NCBI GenBank assembly: GCA_028534125.1
Contig: CM052816.1
Location: forward strand, 63,614,001 to 63,678,000
Length of the DNA stretch: 64,000 nt
Direction: 5' to 3'
Source: Lama glama
Lineage: Eukaryota
Below, piece after piece: positions 51,544-64,000 of the stretch. The translations under genes were made by a program, and so were the position numbers. The notes below the pieces were generated by a model, which searched no databases, was not told where the DNA came from, and saw only the letters and a list, made by a program, of their open reading frames with translations. The stretch's first letter is position 1; each line of letters begins with the position of its first letter.

Positions 51544-54500
51544 ACCCACCTATATCCTAACTGTAGAGATTTGGGTTCAGAAAAGACAAAAGGGTTAGGT
51601 TTTGGGGAATCTGTGCTTTTTTCTCTTTTAAAAACAGTTTATAATTTGCAGATATACATGAAAGTCCAAAATAGTTTCTCACTTTCAGGAGATTACATAC
51701 TCTCACCTAGATTTGCCAATTATTACCATTTTGCTATATTTACTTTATGTGTTTTAAAAAACTTTTTATCATGAAAAACTTCAAAGGCAACGGTACAGGC
51801 TCCCAGTACAGTGAGCCCCACGTCCCTCCGCTGAGTTCCAATAATCACCACCTCTCGCCGAGCTTATTTCACCAGTACTTATCTCCCCTCTCTCCACCTC
51901 CACTGGCTTTATTTAAAAGCAAATCCCAGGTATATCTTTTCTAAAGAAATATTTCAGTCTGCATTGTGGAATGATAGAGGAGTCTTTTAAAACACATAAC
52001 CACAGTGAGAGCATCACACCTAATAAAGCTGACAATTTAAAAATATGTTCACCGAACCGGTTCAGATTACGTATAATCTATATTTTTAATAAACTCCGCA
52101 GGAGAGTTCCTGCTCCTCTGTGGCGGTGAATCACTGCTTTGAGCACTATTTTATAATGTGGAAGTACATGGGAAGTTTTTGGAGGTTTGAAGATGCTCAA
52201 ACTCAGTTTGTTCTTATACCTGTTTCATACATGGATATTGAATGTTTGTTGATACTTAATTTTTTAATTGATCAATTATTAAATGCTTACCAGATCTTAT
52301 GCGAGTGTAGAGAACGAGTGAGAAGCATGGTTTCTGATCTCCAGGAAATTACAAGGTGAAACAAAGAAAGAAGAACCGAACAGAAAAAGAACATAGTTTG
52401 AAGCGGAGGTGACCATGGGTGCCTTGGGTGGGGACCAGGAGGCAGAACATACACAGTTGCCAGAGGTGGGCGCAGCCTGGCATCCTGGATAGGTAAGTCC
52501 AGCTAGTAGAATACAGAAACCAGGTCAGAGCCAGGCAGTGGTTTAGGAGCCAGGCTGTGAACAAGCAAGAGGAGAAATTCCAGTGGAGAGACTGGAAATC
52601 TAACAAACGCTAGCTAGGAGGTTGGCTCCAGCATCATCCCCTACCGACAGTGGTCGGAGCTCTTGCCACTGTGCACACATTCACACTGAATAGAGACACA
52701 GCGTGTATATTATGTACATCTCCTGCCAAGACAGGAAGTGATCTCTGGGTGGGCTGGAAGTGGCATCCTTGACTGGATCCCTGGCTGGACAGGGTACAGG
52801 GCTGAGGAAAAGTTCCCTCACCCTGGCCGTCATCGGAAACAACTGTAGGCACACCTTCTTTTCATGAGGTGTTTCTGACCCTCTAACTGGGTGGTTCTGC
52901 TCTTTAGGGGGCATACAGAAGGCAGCCACACTGAAGAGCATCTGCTTTGTCTGTTCTCTGGGCTCTACCCCTCATTGTGCCTGGCTGCCCGTCTCAGAGA
53001 ATAAAAGATGCTCGCATGACAAATGCACTCTGGGAAATGAAGGTGCAGGAACAGGACACCCATGGGCACTGCTTCACTTACTGTAGCAGTTTCTGGACAA
53101 GCTCCTGGTGACTGAACCGGGATCACATCACGGGGGTCACAGGGAGAGGCAGGATCAGAACTCAGAACCTCCAAATCTAAGACCTCATGGGACCCCAGTT
53201 CATTCCTTTCTAAATATAAAATTGAAGTAATTACTGATCAAAAGTGCCACTGAGATGAATAATGAGAAGCTAATAATTGTTTTCCCTCCCTTTTAAAGAA
53301 ATACACCACACTCAGACGCCCATTTACAGATATTTTCAGTTAAAATGTCACATAATATTTGTTGTATCAGCAGGAGAATGGAAATTGAGTTGGCAGTGAA
53401 GCACTGCAGTGACAACTGTTACCTTGGAAACTGTAGTAAGCAATCATAATTACAATTAACAAGAATTACACAAAGTATACATAAATATCCACGTGCCAGA
53501 GATGAGTGTCACGTACACCAGACAGCAGAGTAAACGGTGGGACTGTCGTTTCTTTCTCTTTGACATGTCCTTGTAGAGATTTAGGTTCTGTTAAGAAATA
53601 TTGCAACCTCTTTGAATTTAGGTTAATCTATTTCCTTATGTGCTGGCTTTGGGGCTTGTAACATAATGACATTTGACATCTAGCAGATTACATGGAAGCG
53701 TCAACTGACCCTTAGTGGAAGTATGACCAGTCTTGAATGACTTTTAAACAAAGCCTGATCTCAGAAGAAAATAAGGCAAATGTAAATAATACACAGGGCT
53801 TCAGCACAATTACAGGGGGTGCTCTGGGGAAAAGTGCTGCAATGCAGAAGGGATGGTTAAAGCGTGCAATTTAATCACTCATTGTAGCTTGACTCTTGGT
53901 TTCTTCTTTATTGCCGTGGACGTGTCCGCTTTGATTCAGACTTCCCTGTCAAAATCACGAAGGAAATCTGAGGAAGAGTGAGCTATAGAATTGTTCTCAC
54001 TCGAACACAGCCAGGCGTGTCCTGTCTTCTGTGAATTCTTTTGTGAACAAGGGAGAAAAGAAGTTAAGTCAGGAGAGTGTGCAGGTCTGTATTTCTATAC
54101 ACATGTGGGGACAAAGCTTTGAAGGTAAATATATCTTCATAGCAAAACCATTGTTGTTTTCAGGGCCACAGGGCATGCCAGAAACTCCGTCCTCCTACAC
54201 ACAGTAGAGTTTTCTGTTCAGCTTGTCTGAGCATGTTGGCTGCCTGGGGCTTTCTGGGCAAACATGCGTTGTGAATGGTTGCCATGATGTGAAGGGCAGC
54301 AGGGGGAAGAAACGTTGACATGCTTCTTTTGAGAGCAGAGGTCTTGACCTGAGCTTGAAAGAAGTCTGCTAAAGTGAATAATGGAAAGTGACCTTGACAC
54401 AGACACTGAAATAATTGGAAGAACTCTTGTTGCAGGCAGCGGTATCTGCATGGAGAGTAGAAGGGGTGGAGGGATGGTGGAGAGAATGAGGACAGTGGAT

Positions 54501-55729
54501 GCCCAGCAAACTGCCCTCCCTCTCTAGATCGCATCAAGTCCTGCCTGTGTGCTTCCCGCAGGACCCCTATTCTCTCAGCAGCAAATGCTAAGTCATACAT
54601 CGTGCCCTGCTCTGACCTGTGCATTAGGGACTCATGCCTGCTATCTGGATGATTCTGCTCTTTAGAAGGGGCAGTATCTGCTGGAACAAAAGGCAGCCAT
54701 GGTGTTGTGCCTCCTCTTCCTCAGATCCCCACCCCTCATCACTCCAGGCTGCCTGTCTCAGAGAATGAAAGGTGGCTGGCATTATGAGGGGGGGATCCCA
54801 GCCATCACAACCATGTTACAAAGCTGACAAGCAAAGAGTCAGTTTCCCCCTTTCACAACGCAAGGCACGGTAGGGAAGGAAACTTGTTTCAGTTAAAATG
54901 AGAACTTCATCTACTACTTTCTGCTGTAACTGAGTTGTAGTTGCTTATTTGAAGCCCAACACTGTGCTAGGTTTCCTAAAAGAGACAAAAGATGGATGTC
55001 AGCGCTTCTTCCTTGAAAAGAACTTACGATCTGGTTGGGAAGAAGGGGTTAGGAAACCCAAACAATCAGTAAAGCATATGGTACCTACTGGCTGCTGTCA
55101 AGTGTGAAAGTGTCGAGCCCCATGGAGTTCAGCAAGAGGGAGAGAGAGTGGTAAGGGCTGAGATCACTGGGAAAGGCTTCATGAAGGCGGCTCCTGGGAA
55201 GGCCTTGCACATTGCAGAACAGTAGAGAAAGACAGTGTTTGTGCATGTGGAGGGGAGGGGAGTGGGGCTGGGAAGTGCCAGGAGGAACCCTATTTGGGGA
55301 AGTTGCCATGGGGACTAGAACAGAGCTCACGACTGCCATCACTGAAGAGTTTCCTGGTCTGTGTGAACGAGGGCCCGGACAGTGTCTCTGGGCTTGGAAT
55401 GCTCTCTAAGGCTCTCCTTCCTGTTAAAAGTCTCCATCCAGAGATGGAGGAGTCTGACCTTGAGTCTGACTTCAGCAATCTGACCGTCTCAGGGGCTCTT
55501 CTGTCTTGACTTCCCTATTGTTTTCTTTTCCTTCTCTTCCCTTCCCTCTTTCCTACACCTCCTTTATTAACACAAGAACACAGTGGTTAACTATAGAGTA
55601 CATGACCCTGGGATATAAGAGCGTATAACCATGATGTTCCTTAAATAATGGCACTGAGGCAACATAAGGTACTGAATCCTCTGGAAAATAACACTGGAAT
55701 GCCAACAACTGAGGATCTAATATATCCCT

Positions 55730-57200
55730 AGTACCTTATCATTTTAAAACTTGTGTTTATTAGGGAAATACATCCACGTGGTAAAAAAGAAAAAACACAT
55801 AGAACAGAAGAGTTGTTCCTTTCTCCATTGCAGTCTGTTCTTCAGAAGTGATCTCTTATGTCAGGCCTTTGAGTTCAAGTCTTCTAATGATTACCTCTAT
55901 ACCTCTAAATAATGTGCTCCTATTACTTGGTTTTTTAAAAAAAATTTTAGGTAATAAACGATGACTCAACCATGAAAGACCAAGACTTATTTCACTTGTA
56001 TTATAGTCCACCCTTCCACCTTTGGAGTATTTGGTCTTCATGTTGTTTGCTTTTGAGTTATTTTATTAGGTAACATTGTGATATTTGATACTACATTTAT
56101 CACTCTCTAGTTTCCAATTTATCCTCTTCATTACTTAGGTCTAGTCCACTCCTCCTTTGCCACCTCCCACCTCATCTCAGCCATGTCTTAACTTTTACAC
56201 TGCAAAGATGGTTAACATTTTATATTTGTCTTGAAACCATATTTAATTCTTATGAGCTTTTGCTATAGATTGAAAACCAAAGAACAGAATTGATATTATT
56301 ATGACCATATGAACATCGCACATGGCAAAGCTAAGTCGTGTGTTAGGATTGTACTTCCTTCTTTGTGAGCCCAGTGCAATGTCCTGTGGGCCACTCAAGA
56401 TACAATGGTTGTAGCTCCCAAGGTCAAACGATTTCTTTTTCCTTACATTGCAGTAATTGCCTAAAGTCATAGAATGCTTCATAATTAAACCATGAATTTT
56501 GTCAAACGTCTTTTGATTGTTGCTTTTACTGCCTTTTTTCCCCTGGGGTTTCTAATGGACTTGTATTGCTCATTTATATTGAAAAGAAAAGGATTTCGTC
56601 TGTCCTGTTTCGTCTTCTGCTTGGTCACCACGTACAGGTCTGGGGTACATTTCCTGCAGTTTAACTCCAGGGTGAGTAGGCCTAGAGTCGCTTCTCAGGT
56701 CAGAATGAGGAGGACAAACCTCTGGGCAAAGCATCCAACATAAAAATTTAGTTTCTTCTAATCAATATTTATTCAGTTTCCTTAAAGAGTTTTCTTAAAA
56801 ATCTCAAAATTTTTGTCACAGATAAATGCTGGGCTCCCTGTAGCAAGAGGGGAGAATAAAGGGGAGATGGTACTCCCTAATACACCTGTTTTGTTCATAG
56901 ACCGTCAAGAAATCCTCTTGTTAGTGCAATGGTCACCTGTCTCAAATGCCAGCTCTGAGCTTGGAGCCTTGCCGGGAAACTCTGGGCAGACTAGGTTTCA
57001 CCTCCTCTGCAGCCTCCTAAACCAGATGTTTTGGGATGTGTTCCCATATCACAGTTTCATCTGTCACCATGCTCCTATCCTCCCTCCATCTTCCAGAAAT
57101 TCGTTGAAATGTCTCATCCATTAATTATCCACTTTTCCATTCTTTTCAGCGGTTCAGAAAATGAGTGGATATAAAATTAGTTCACCCTCTTGAACAGGAA
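55730..57200 (-). mobile_element. old L1M fragments
   Basis: T-rich decayed L1-like motifs (ccttttgagttcaag, gatatttgatactacattt, gctatagattgaaaacc). Confidence 0.4.
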
Positions 57201-57267
57201 AAGTCAGACTTCTGTTTATGGCACCACTTTTGTTTCTGTCTTACCTCGAAAACACTCAAGTATTAAT

Positions 57268-57735
57268 ATTAGTTTTCTATTTGCTGCTATAAAAAATTAC
57301 CCCAATGTAGCAGCTTAAGACAACACACATTTATTCTTGACAATTCTGGAGGCTGAGAGTCTGCAATGAATCTACAGGGCCAAAACCAAGGTGTAAAATC
57401 AGTGTCTGGTTCCTTTTGGAGGCCCCACGACAGAGTCTGGTTTACCTCTTCCAGTTTTCTGGTGGCTGCTGGCATTCCTTGGCTCCTGGCTGCATCATTC
57501 CAACTTCTTGCTTCTGGGATCACATTCCTACTTCTGTAGGCCAGTCTCCTTCCACCTTCCCCATATAAGGATACCTGTGATTAATTTAGGGCCTGCCTAA
57601 ATAATCCAGGATCATCTCCCTGTCTCAAGATCCTTAATCACATCTACAAAGTCCCTTTTGCTATGTAAGGTAGCATCTACAGGTTCTGGGTATAAGGACC
57701 TGGATATCTTCGGGGAACATTTCTCTGCCTCCTGT
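57268..57735 (-). mobile_element. MaLR LTR (MLT1C/D/E-like)
   Basis: attagttttctatttgctgctat...aataatccaggatcatctccctgtctcaagatccttaatcacatctacaaagtccc. Confidence 0.85.
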
Positions 57736-58589
57736 AGTCTTCCTTGATGTCTCCCTGTTACCACACATATCCAATCACTAATTAAGTCCCATGGATTGAC
57801 TAGTCTGTCTGCTCTCAATGCTGAATGCACATTAGAATTATCTAGAGAGCTTTAAAAAAAATACCATGGTCCTACCTAAACAAATTAGAAGTTCTGGGGA
57901 GTTAGATCTGGGCGTTATTAATTTTTTGTTTTCTTGGTAAAATTTCAAACCTAGGGAAAACTTTTAAGAAATACAAATACAAATAACTCACATATACCCT
58001 TGATTCACTGTTACATTTTGCACCATTTTCTTTATCATTCTCTTTTTATTTTTATTTTTTGAACTCTTTGAGAGTAAGTCCTTCTCCCCCAATGTATGTA
58101 CTTCCTAAGAATAAGAACATTCTCTTTCATAACCACAGTGCCATTACAAAATCGGAATCTAACATAGATACAATGCATTTTACTTTTCCACCAAGAATAT
58201 ATGTGATGATATCAGGATTGCAGCCCCTGCTTTTTTATTGTTTCGATTTGCCTAGAATATCTTTGCCCACTTTAAAAACTTCTAGCCTTTATGAATTACT
58301 TTGTATCAAGTGTGTTTCTTAAATAGAGCATATGGTTGGGTCTCACTTTGTGAGCCAGATAGAGAACCTTTTAGCAAACGACTTAAGCCTTATACATCTT
58401 TACTGATAAAGTTTAGTCACAACTCTGCCATGTTATTTTATGTTGTTATTATTATTATGTTTTATGTTATGTTTGCTATGTTTCTGTAAGTAATTTGTTT
58501 TCTTTTTAAATTATTTTGGGATTTAGGGTGATATATATTTTTGTTTTAGAGATTATCTTCCTACTTATAGCTTTTAAAAATGCCCTTAG

Positions 58590-59303
58590 TCACACCCATT
58601 AGGGTGGCTTCCATCAATAAAACAGAAAATAGACAAATAAAAGTGTTGTCAGGGATATGGGAGGTCTTAACTCTTACGCATTGTTGATGGGATTGTAAAA
58701 TGGTGCAACTGCTATGGAAAACAGTATGGTGGTTCCTCAAAAAATTAAAAATTGGACTACTGTGTGATCCAGCAATCCTACTTTTGGATATATATTCAAA
58801 AGAATTAGAAGCAGGGTCTTGAAGAGATATTTGCATATCCATGTTCATAGTAGCACTATTTGCAATAGCCAGGAGGTGGAAGCAACTCAGATGTCCGACA
58901 GATGAATGGCTAAACAAAATGTGATATGTATCATATACAATGGAATACTATGCAGCCTCAAAAAGGAATGAAATTCTGTCACATCCTATAAAATAGATGA
59001 ACCTTGAGGATATTATGCTAAGTAAAATAAGCCAGGCACAAAAGAACAAGTACTGTATGATTCTGCTTATATGAGGGTCTAAAGTAGTCAAATTCATAGA
59101 TGTAGAGAGTAGAATGGTGTTTACCAGGGCCTGGGAGCAAAGGGGAGTTATTGTCCAATGGGTACAGAATTTCAGTTATGCAACGATGAAAACGTTCTAA
59201 AGATCTCTTTCACAACAATGTAAACTTACTTAACACTATTGAACTGTACACTTAAAAATGGTTAAGATGGTAAATTTTATGATATCTGTGTTTACCACAA
59301 TAA
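58590..59303 (+). mobile_element. 5'-truncated L1 (L1MA/MB-like)
   Basis: ORF2 end and 3'UTR similar to 24070-24745. Perfect 14-bp TSD aaaaatgcccttag at 58576-58589 and 59304-59317. Confidence 0.9.
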
Positions 59304-60364
59304 AAAAATGCCCTTAGCTCTCTGTTTTTAATTTAACTTTATCTCATTTCTTTTTAGTGTAAGCTCAAATGGGATCCTTTTGTTTCCACCTACTGTGTAT
59401 ATAATAGTCAATGAGGTTATGCATTAGGAGTTTTAAAAATATCTCCAGGTGGTTCTACTATGCAGCTAGAGCTGATAATCCCTGTGCAGCTCTCCCATCC
59501 TCCATTCTCTCCCAGTCTTACATCACCATCCTATTCCAGGTTTCATCACTCCTCACAAAGTGTAAAACGTAAACTTTCCTCTCTGGCTTTTCCCAGACTG
59601 TCTATTCAGTCCTCTCTATATACTGTACCCAGAGTAATCTTGCAAAAGTTCCACACTTTGTCATGTTCTCCCCTCTTAAAGCTGTCAATGTCTCAAATTT
59701 GGAATAGATGAATTGATTTGAGCCCCAGCCAGGTCACCTACCAGGTATGTGACCTTTGGTAAGTAATTTAAGGGGCCAAGACAGTTGTTGGAACTTAACA
59801 GATGTTCAATGAACATCCTTCCATTCTTCCTTTGCTAAGTTCTGGTATCCCATAGTTCCTGTCTGTCCATGTACTCCCTCCACCGACCCTCCTGACCTCC
59901 CCCATCAACTCTCACAGCCATCTTGGGGTTTTAAAACCAGACTTACTGTTTGACACCAAATTCAAGTACCACCTCTTGCCTAAAACACTTCAGCCAGAAA
60001 TGATCCTGCTCTCCTCCAAGCATCCATGGCACTTTATCATGTGGAGCCTTTTAGTGACTGTTTATTTACTTGTGCTCTGCCTTTTTACAAAAATGTAAAT
60101 AAAGTTAATTAAATGAAAGCAGAAACCCAAGGACAGGCGAAGGAGGGAACAGGTTGAGCACTCCCCATCAGAGAATTGAGGAATTACATCATTTGCTTTG
60201 AAAATATTAGCATTGCTTGAACACTTACGGTCACTTAAGAACACTTGCCCCTTGTATTGTTTGGCAAGTTATACATTGTAGACTGAATGCTCGTTGAGGG
60301 CAAGGTCTGTGTCTTAAGCATCTCTGTCCTTGGTACAATGTTAGAAAGCAGCAAGATCTATCTA

Positions 60365-60630
60365 TCTAATAATAGCTGACACATACTGAATGCTTGTTAT
60401 GTACTTGGCCCGATTCTAAGTGCTTTACCTTAAATCGGCACAGTAGCCGTATGAAGTAGATCCCATTATTAGCTTCATTTTTCTAATCTTACAGTCTCTG
60501 AAACTGAGGTGCAGAGAACTGAAGTAGCCTGTCCAAGTCTGCACAGCAAGCCTGTAGCCAAGGCTGAGCTGGGGTATGAATCAAACAGCCTGTCTTCAGA
60601 ACTCATGCTACACTACCCGCTACTGCCTGT
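60365..60630 (-). mobile_element. MIR SINE
   Basis: taataatagctgacacatactgaatgctt...gaaactgaggtgcagagaactgaagtagcctgtccaag. Confidence 0.8.
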
Positions 60631-61494
60631 CACTAATGGACTAACAAAATAACGTCATCTAATTATATGCCTGCAACTATAATTGTTCACATTCTGTTCC
60701 CAGATGTAGACCATATTGATATTTTCTGTTTCACTGAATTTCTAAGCAAATGAACGTCAATAACCCCCTTAGTGTTGACCAGGTGGACTGGAGTGCCCTT
60801 TGGGGTCAGCACCTCTGCATTATAAAGCTCACCCTGCCACCTACTTGATGTGTGGCCTTGAACAAGTCACTTAACCTTTCTTGTTTCTCATCTACAACTT
60901 CTATCATCGGGCATTTACATAGGGTTTGTTGCCATAGTAATACAAAATAACACTGACCTATCCCTCAGCAGTGAGTGTCATGGGGGATAACTAATTTACA
61001 GCTGTGAAGAGCTTTCAACATATGAACTGCTAAACATCAGCGAGGTTGTAAAGAGGATTTAAAACACCATCAGCTTGTGGAGCGTGCCCATCTGATGCCC
61101 ATCATTATATGTTTAACTATTAGCATTACTACTTATAATAAACTTTTATGAGGTACTTTAGGTGGTTGAAGTGTTTTTATGAGAGCTAATTAGTTGTTCC
61201 AACCAGTTCTATGAGGTAGGTCTGTATTTTTATCATCCCTGTTTTGGAAATTACATTAAATTGGTGTATGTGTCATTAAAAGAATCTTAAACTTCTAGAT
61301 ATTTAAAAGCATTCTGTGGAGCCAATTCTCATACAGCCATCACCCCTACCACAAGGCTCCAGTGGTGGGGCAATGGGACAGTGGATTCTGCATGTGGTTC
61401 CCAGTGTATATAACACTGGCAAAGCTTTTTATTTTTGGTTGTTTTGATGTTTGCACATTAACTATGTGGTGATTCTTGTGCTAGGTTCATTTAT

Positions 61495-62010
61495 GTATCA
61501 GTCAGGGTGCATTTCAGGAAATGGAGCCCATTGTAGATTTTTAAAACAAATTTAAGACAAGACATTGGGTTACACATATTTTGGATGGGCTATAACAGCA
61601 AATAGGAGGATTTGGTGCGGGGAGAGCGATCAAAAAGGAGAGGTCATACCCGGAAACCAACAGCTTCAGGAATCAGTCCCCTTTCCAAGGGCTGGGGGAC
61701 GCAGAGCGAGGAGAGCATGTTCACAGAATCCTGGAGCATCATTTGCTGCTGGGCTAGAGCCACAGAGAGAAGCCCCTCTGTAGGAGCTAGAATCACAAAG
61801 GGAGGCAGCCACCTCCAAAGATGCTGCAAGAGCACGAAAGCACAGCTTCTCCTCTGCTCCCGCCCTCTGATCTTGCCCCAGTGCCTCCTACTGGTAGAAA
61901 TTAATATGAAGTCTTGGGCAAGGGAGCCTGGGAAACATGGCTGTAAGTTTCTAACTCTAGCTTCACAAAGCTAAATGGAGAAGGATGCATGCAGGGTTGA
62001 GAGAGCACAG
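61495..62010. mobile_element. old MaLR LTR (MLT1M/N-like)
   Basis: tgtatcagtcagggtgc...ctctgatcttgccccagtgcctcctactggtagaaa...ggcaagggagcctgggaaa. Confidence 0.6.
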
Positions 62011-62689
62011 GCCTGTCTGGTTAATTCACTAAATTTTTCCTGGCACCCAGGGGGATTCAGAAGCTAACTCTAAGGCCTTTCTTTACACTAGCAAGTTGTG
62101 GACCTGCTATTCAAGCTCAGGCTTGCCAACTCCAAGTGTAATGTGTATTCCCAGTGCCACACTTGCTGTCTCTCTCAGTCTGCTCACCTTCCCAACGGGG
62201 CTCCACTGTCAGGTGGTAAGAATGTTCATCTCTACCTGTCTTCAGGGGTGGAATGAGGGTTAAATTAGATCAGGCACACACCACCACACGACTGGGGCTG
62301 CAACCCCTCACTCCTGGGCTCGCTCCCAACCCGTGGTCCAGTCCTGTGCTTGCTTAACTATGAGGTTTTGTTCTGTGTAAAACCTTGGTTTCTCCTAGAA
62401 TCTTTTCAGTTCTAATGCTGTGTAATTCTATTTCTTCACTTGATTGTCACTAACGCAACCCACAAATGTAAGCTAGTAATGTTACTTACAATCATTTTTA
62501 TTAAAATGTCCGTAAACATGAGACCAAGATTAAAATGAGATTGTGTTACTGACCTGTTTGAGTCCCTGCAACAGAAGTCCTCCTGCCTGGTGCCCTGGGA
62601 GCCAACAGAACAAGCCCCAGTCTGGTTCAGAAGCAAAGGAAGGCCTTTTTTTTTGATCGGAGAATGAAGAGGTGTGAACTTAATCTCAA

Positions 62690-62950
62690 GAGTCCGTGTT
62701 CTCCGGCCAGCCCGTCGGCGGTGCCGCTTTACAGGGATCTCGCCAGTGGGGCCGGGACGGAGTGGGGGAGGGGCCGCGCCGCTCAGGTGCCCGATCGCGG
62801 CGCCGGGCGCAGCGTCTCTGCACACGGCCCGCCTCCGCCATCTTGGCGCTTCTGTACACGCCAGAGCTGAGGTTCCGGGTTCCGCCGTTCGCACAAGGAA
62901 CTGTGTTCTGAGGTGTGCGGTTCAAGGCCTCTGTATGCAGCCCCCGGGAG
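62690..62950. promoter_or_regulatory. CpG island / promoter-like element, copy 2 (inverted paralogue of 43410-43720)
   Basis: Dense CpG. CCGCCATCTTG (YY1) at 62835-62845 and tandem ETS-like GGTTCCGGGTTCCG at ~62871-62884. Confidence 0.8.
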
Positions 62951-63399
62951 CAAGTGAAACTAGACTAAACACAAAGAAAAAAAGGTTAGTCTTTATTATC
63001 TAGCTTCTATTTTTATTTCCCAGGAATTGTTCATGGGCTTTGCTGGTGATAATTTCTCTTCCCTTAGAATCACCTCGTATTTAAACCATGGCTGAAGATT
63101 GAGGGTGTGTGGGGACCATCTTTCAGATGGCGGTTGCTATTCTTGTTGGCTTCAAATGGAGCTAACGAATTACTTTTACTGGTGGTCGGAGGCTTGCTTG
63201 TGGCTTCTAATGTATCCTGCCAGGCTTTTTAAAATGTTGCCAGTTTTCAGTCGTACAATCCTTATTTTAAAATAAGCATCGTTACCTTATTATTAATAGT
63301 CCCATTGTATAGAAGTAGAACTGAGACATAACACAGGTTCATTAAATAGTTGGTTAGAAACAAGTAAAAAATGACCAGACTCCTGATTTCTCCTGAGTG

Positions 63400-63595
63400 G
63401 GCATGGTGGTGTTTCAGAAGGAACACTGTTGGCTGGGTAAACTGAGGCCAGTCATTTAGCTCTCTGAACCTCAGTTTCTTCATTAGTAAAACAGAGCGTG
63501 CCCTACTCCTATTCAGCGTGTGTGTTTGACAATCAGTTGTGACAGTGTGTGTTCAAGGGTTTGGTAAGAATTGAAGTGCTGTACGGATGTTAAGG
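63400..63595 (+). mobile_element. MIR SINE
   Basis: ccagtcatttagctctctgaacctcagtttcttcattagtaaaac. Confidence 0.75.
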
Positions 63596-64000
63596 ACTGC
63601 TGCCGAGTTGTGCTGCCTCCTGGACTGTATAAAAATACAGCTGCTGCAAACATTGAGAAATCCTTATGAGGAAACAAGACTGTAGCATCCTATCATCCAT
63701 CATTCCCCCATGTCATGAACTGTACTTAATGTTTATGCCCACCCTTCCCTATCGGAGACAATGAAATCACTCTTATGGCCTGTTGTTTTCCCAAGTAACA
63801 GCCTTATCATTTGTATTGCTCTGAGGAAGGCTCTGTTGGAATCATTTGCCCCAAACCCCTGCTTTTCATCAATCTCTTTTTGGCTGCACAACCCCATGGA
63901 GGAGACAATACCCAAATTGCTTTCAATCCAGTAACTCACCCCAGACAACAATAAAAACAGTGACAGCACATCTAAACCCAAGCACTGGATGTTAAGTGAC

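Noticed and set aside
1..64000. CRISPR array, operon or other prokaryotic system
   Set aside because: The sequence is mammalian and repeat-rich, with no regularly spaced repeats or dense coding ORFs.

Overview
Mammalian genomic DNA, almost certainly camelid (two Vic-1-type tRNA-derived SINEs and young L1s). The window is dominated by interspersed repeats (L1, L2, MIR, MaLR/ERV LTRs, hAT MITEs) and has two 500-N assembly gaps, both inside young L1 copies. I recognise no protein-coding exon, tRNA, rRNA or CRISPR array. The listed ORFs are L1 remnants or look like chance ORFs. The most notable structure is an old inverted duplication of a ~0.55 kb promoter-like unit (43303-43860 on +, 62540-63043 on -), about 19 kb apart. 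Both copies keep a CpG island and an identical 27-bp YY1-containing core, plus an identical 21-bp block that sits at a candidate splice acceptor. This suggests twin promoters of unidentified, possibly non-coding transcripts. Other points of interest are a probable LF-SINE relic, a tail-less internal L1 fragment mirroring a neighbouring L1, a short polyadenylated retro-fragment, a strong CTCF motif and several enhancer-like unique segments. Repeat family names come from my recollection of consensus sequences, not from a search, and boundaries are approximate unless TSDs are given.
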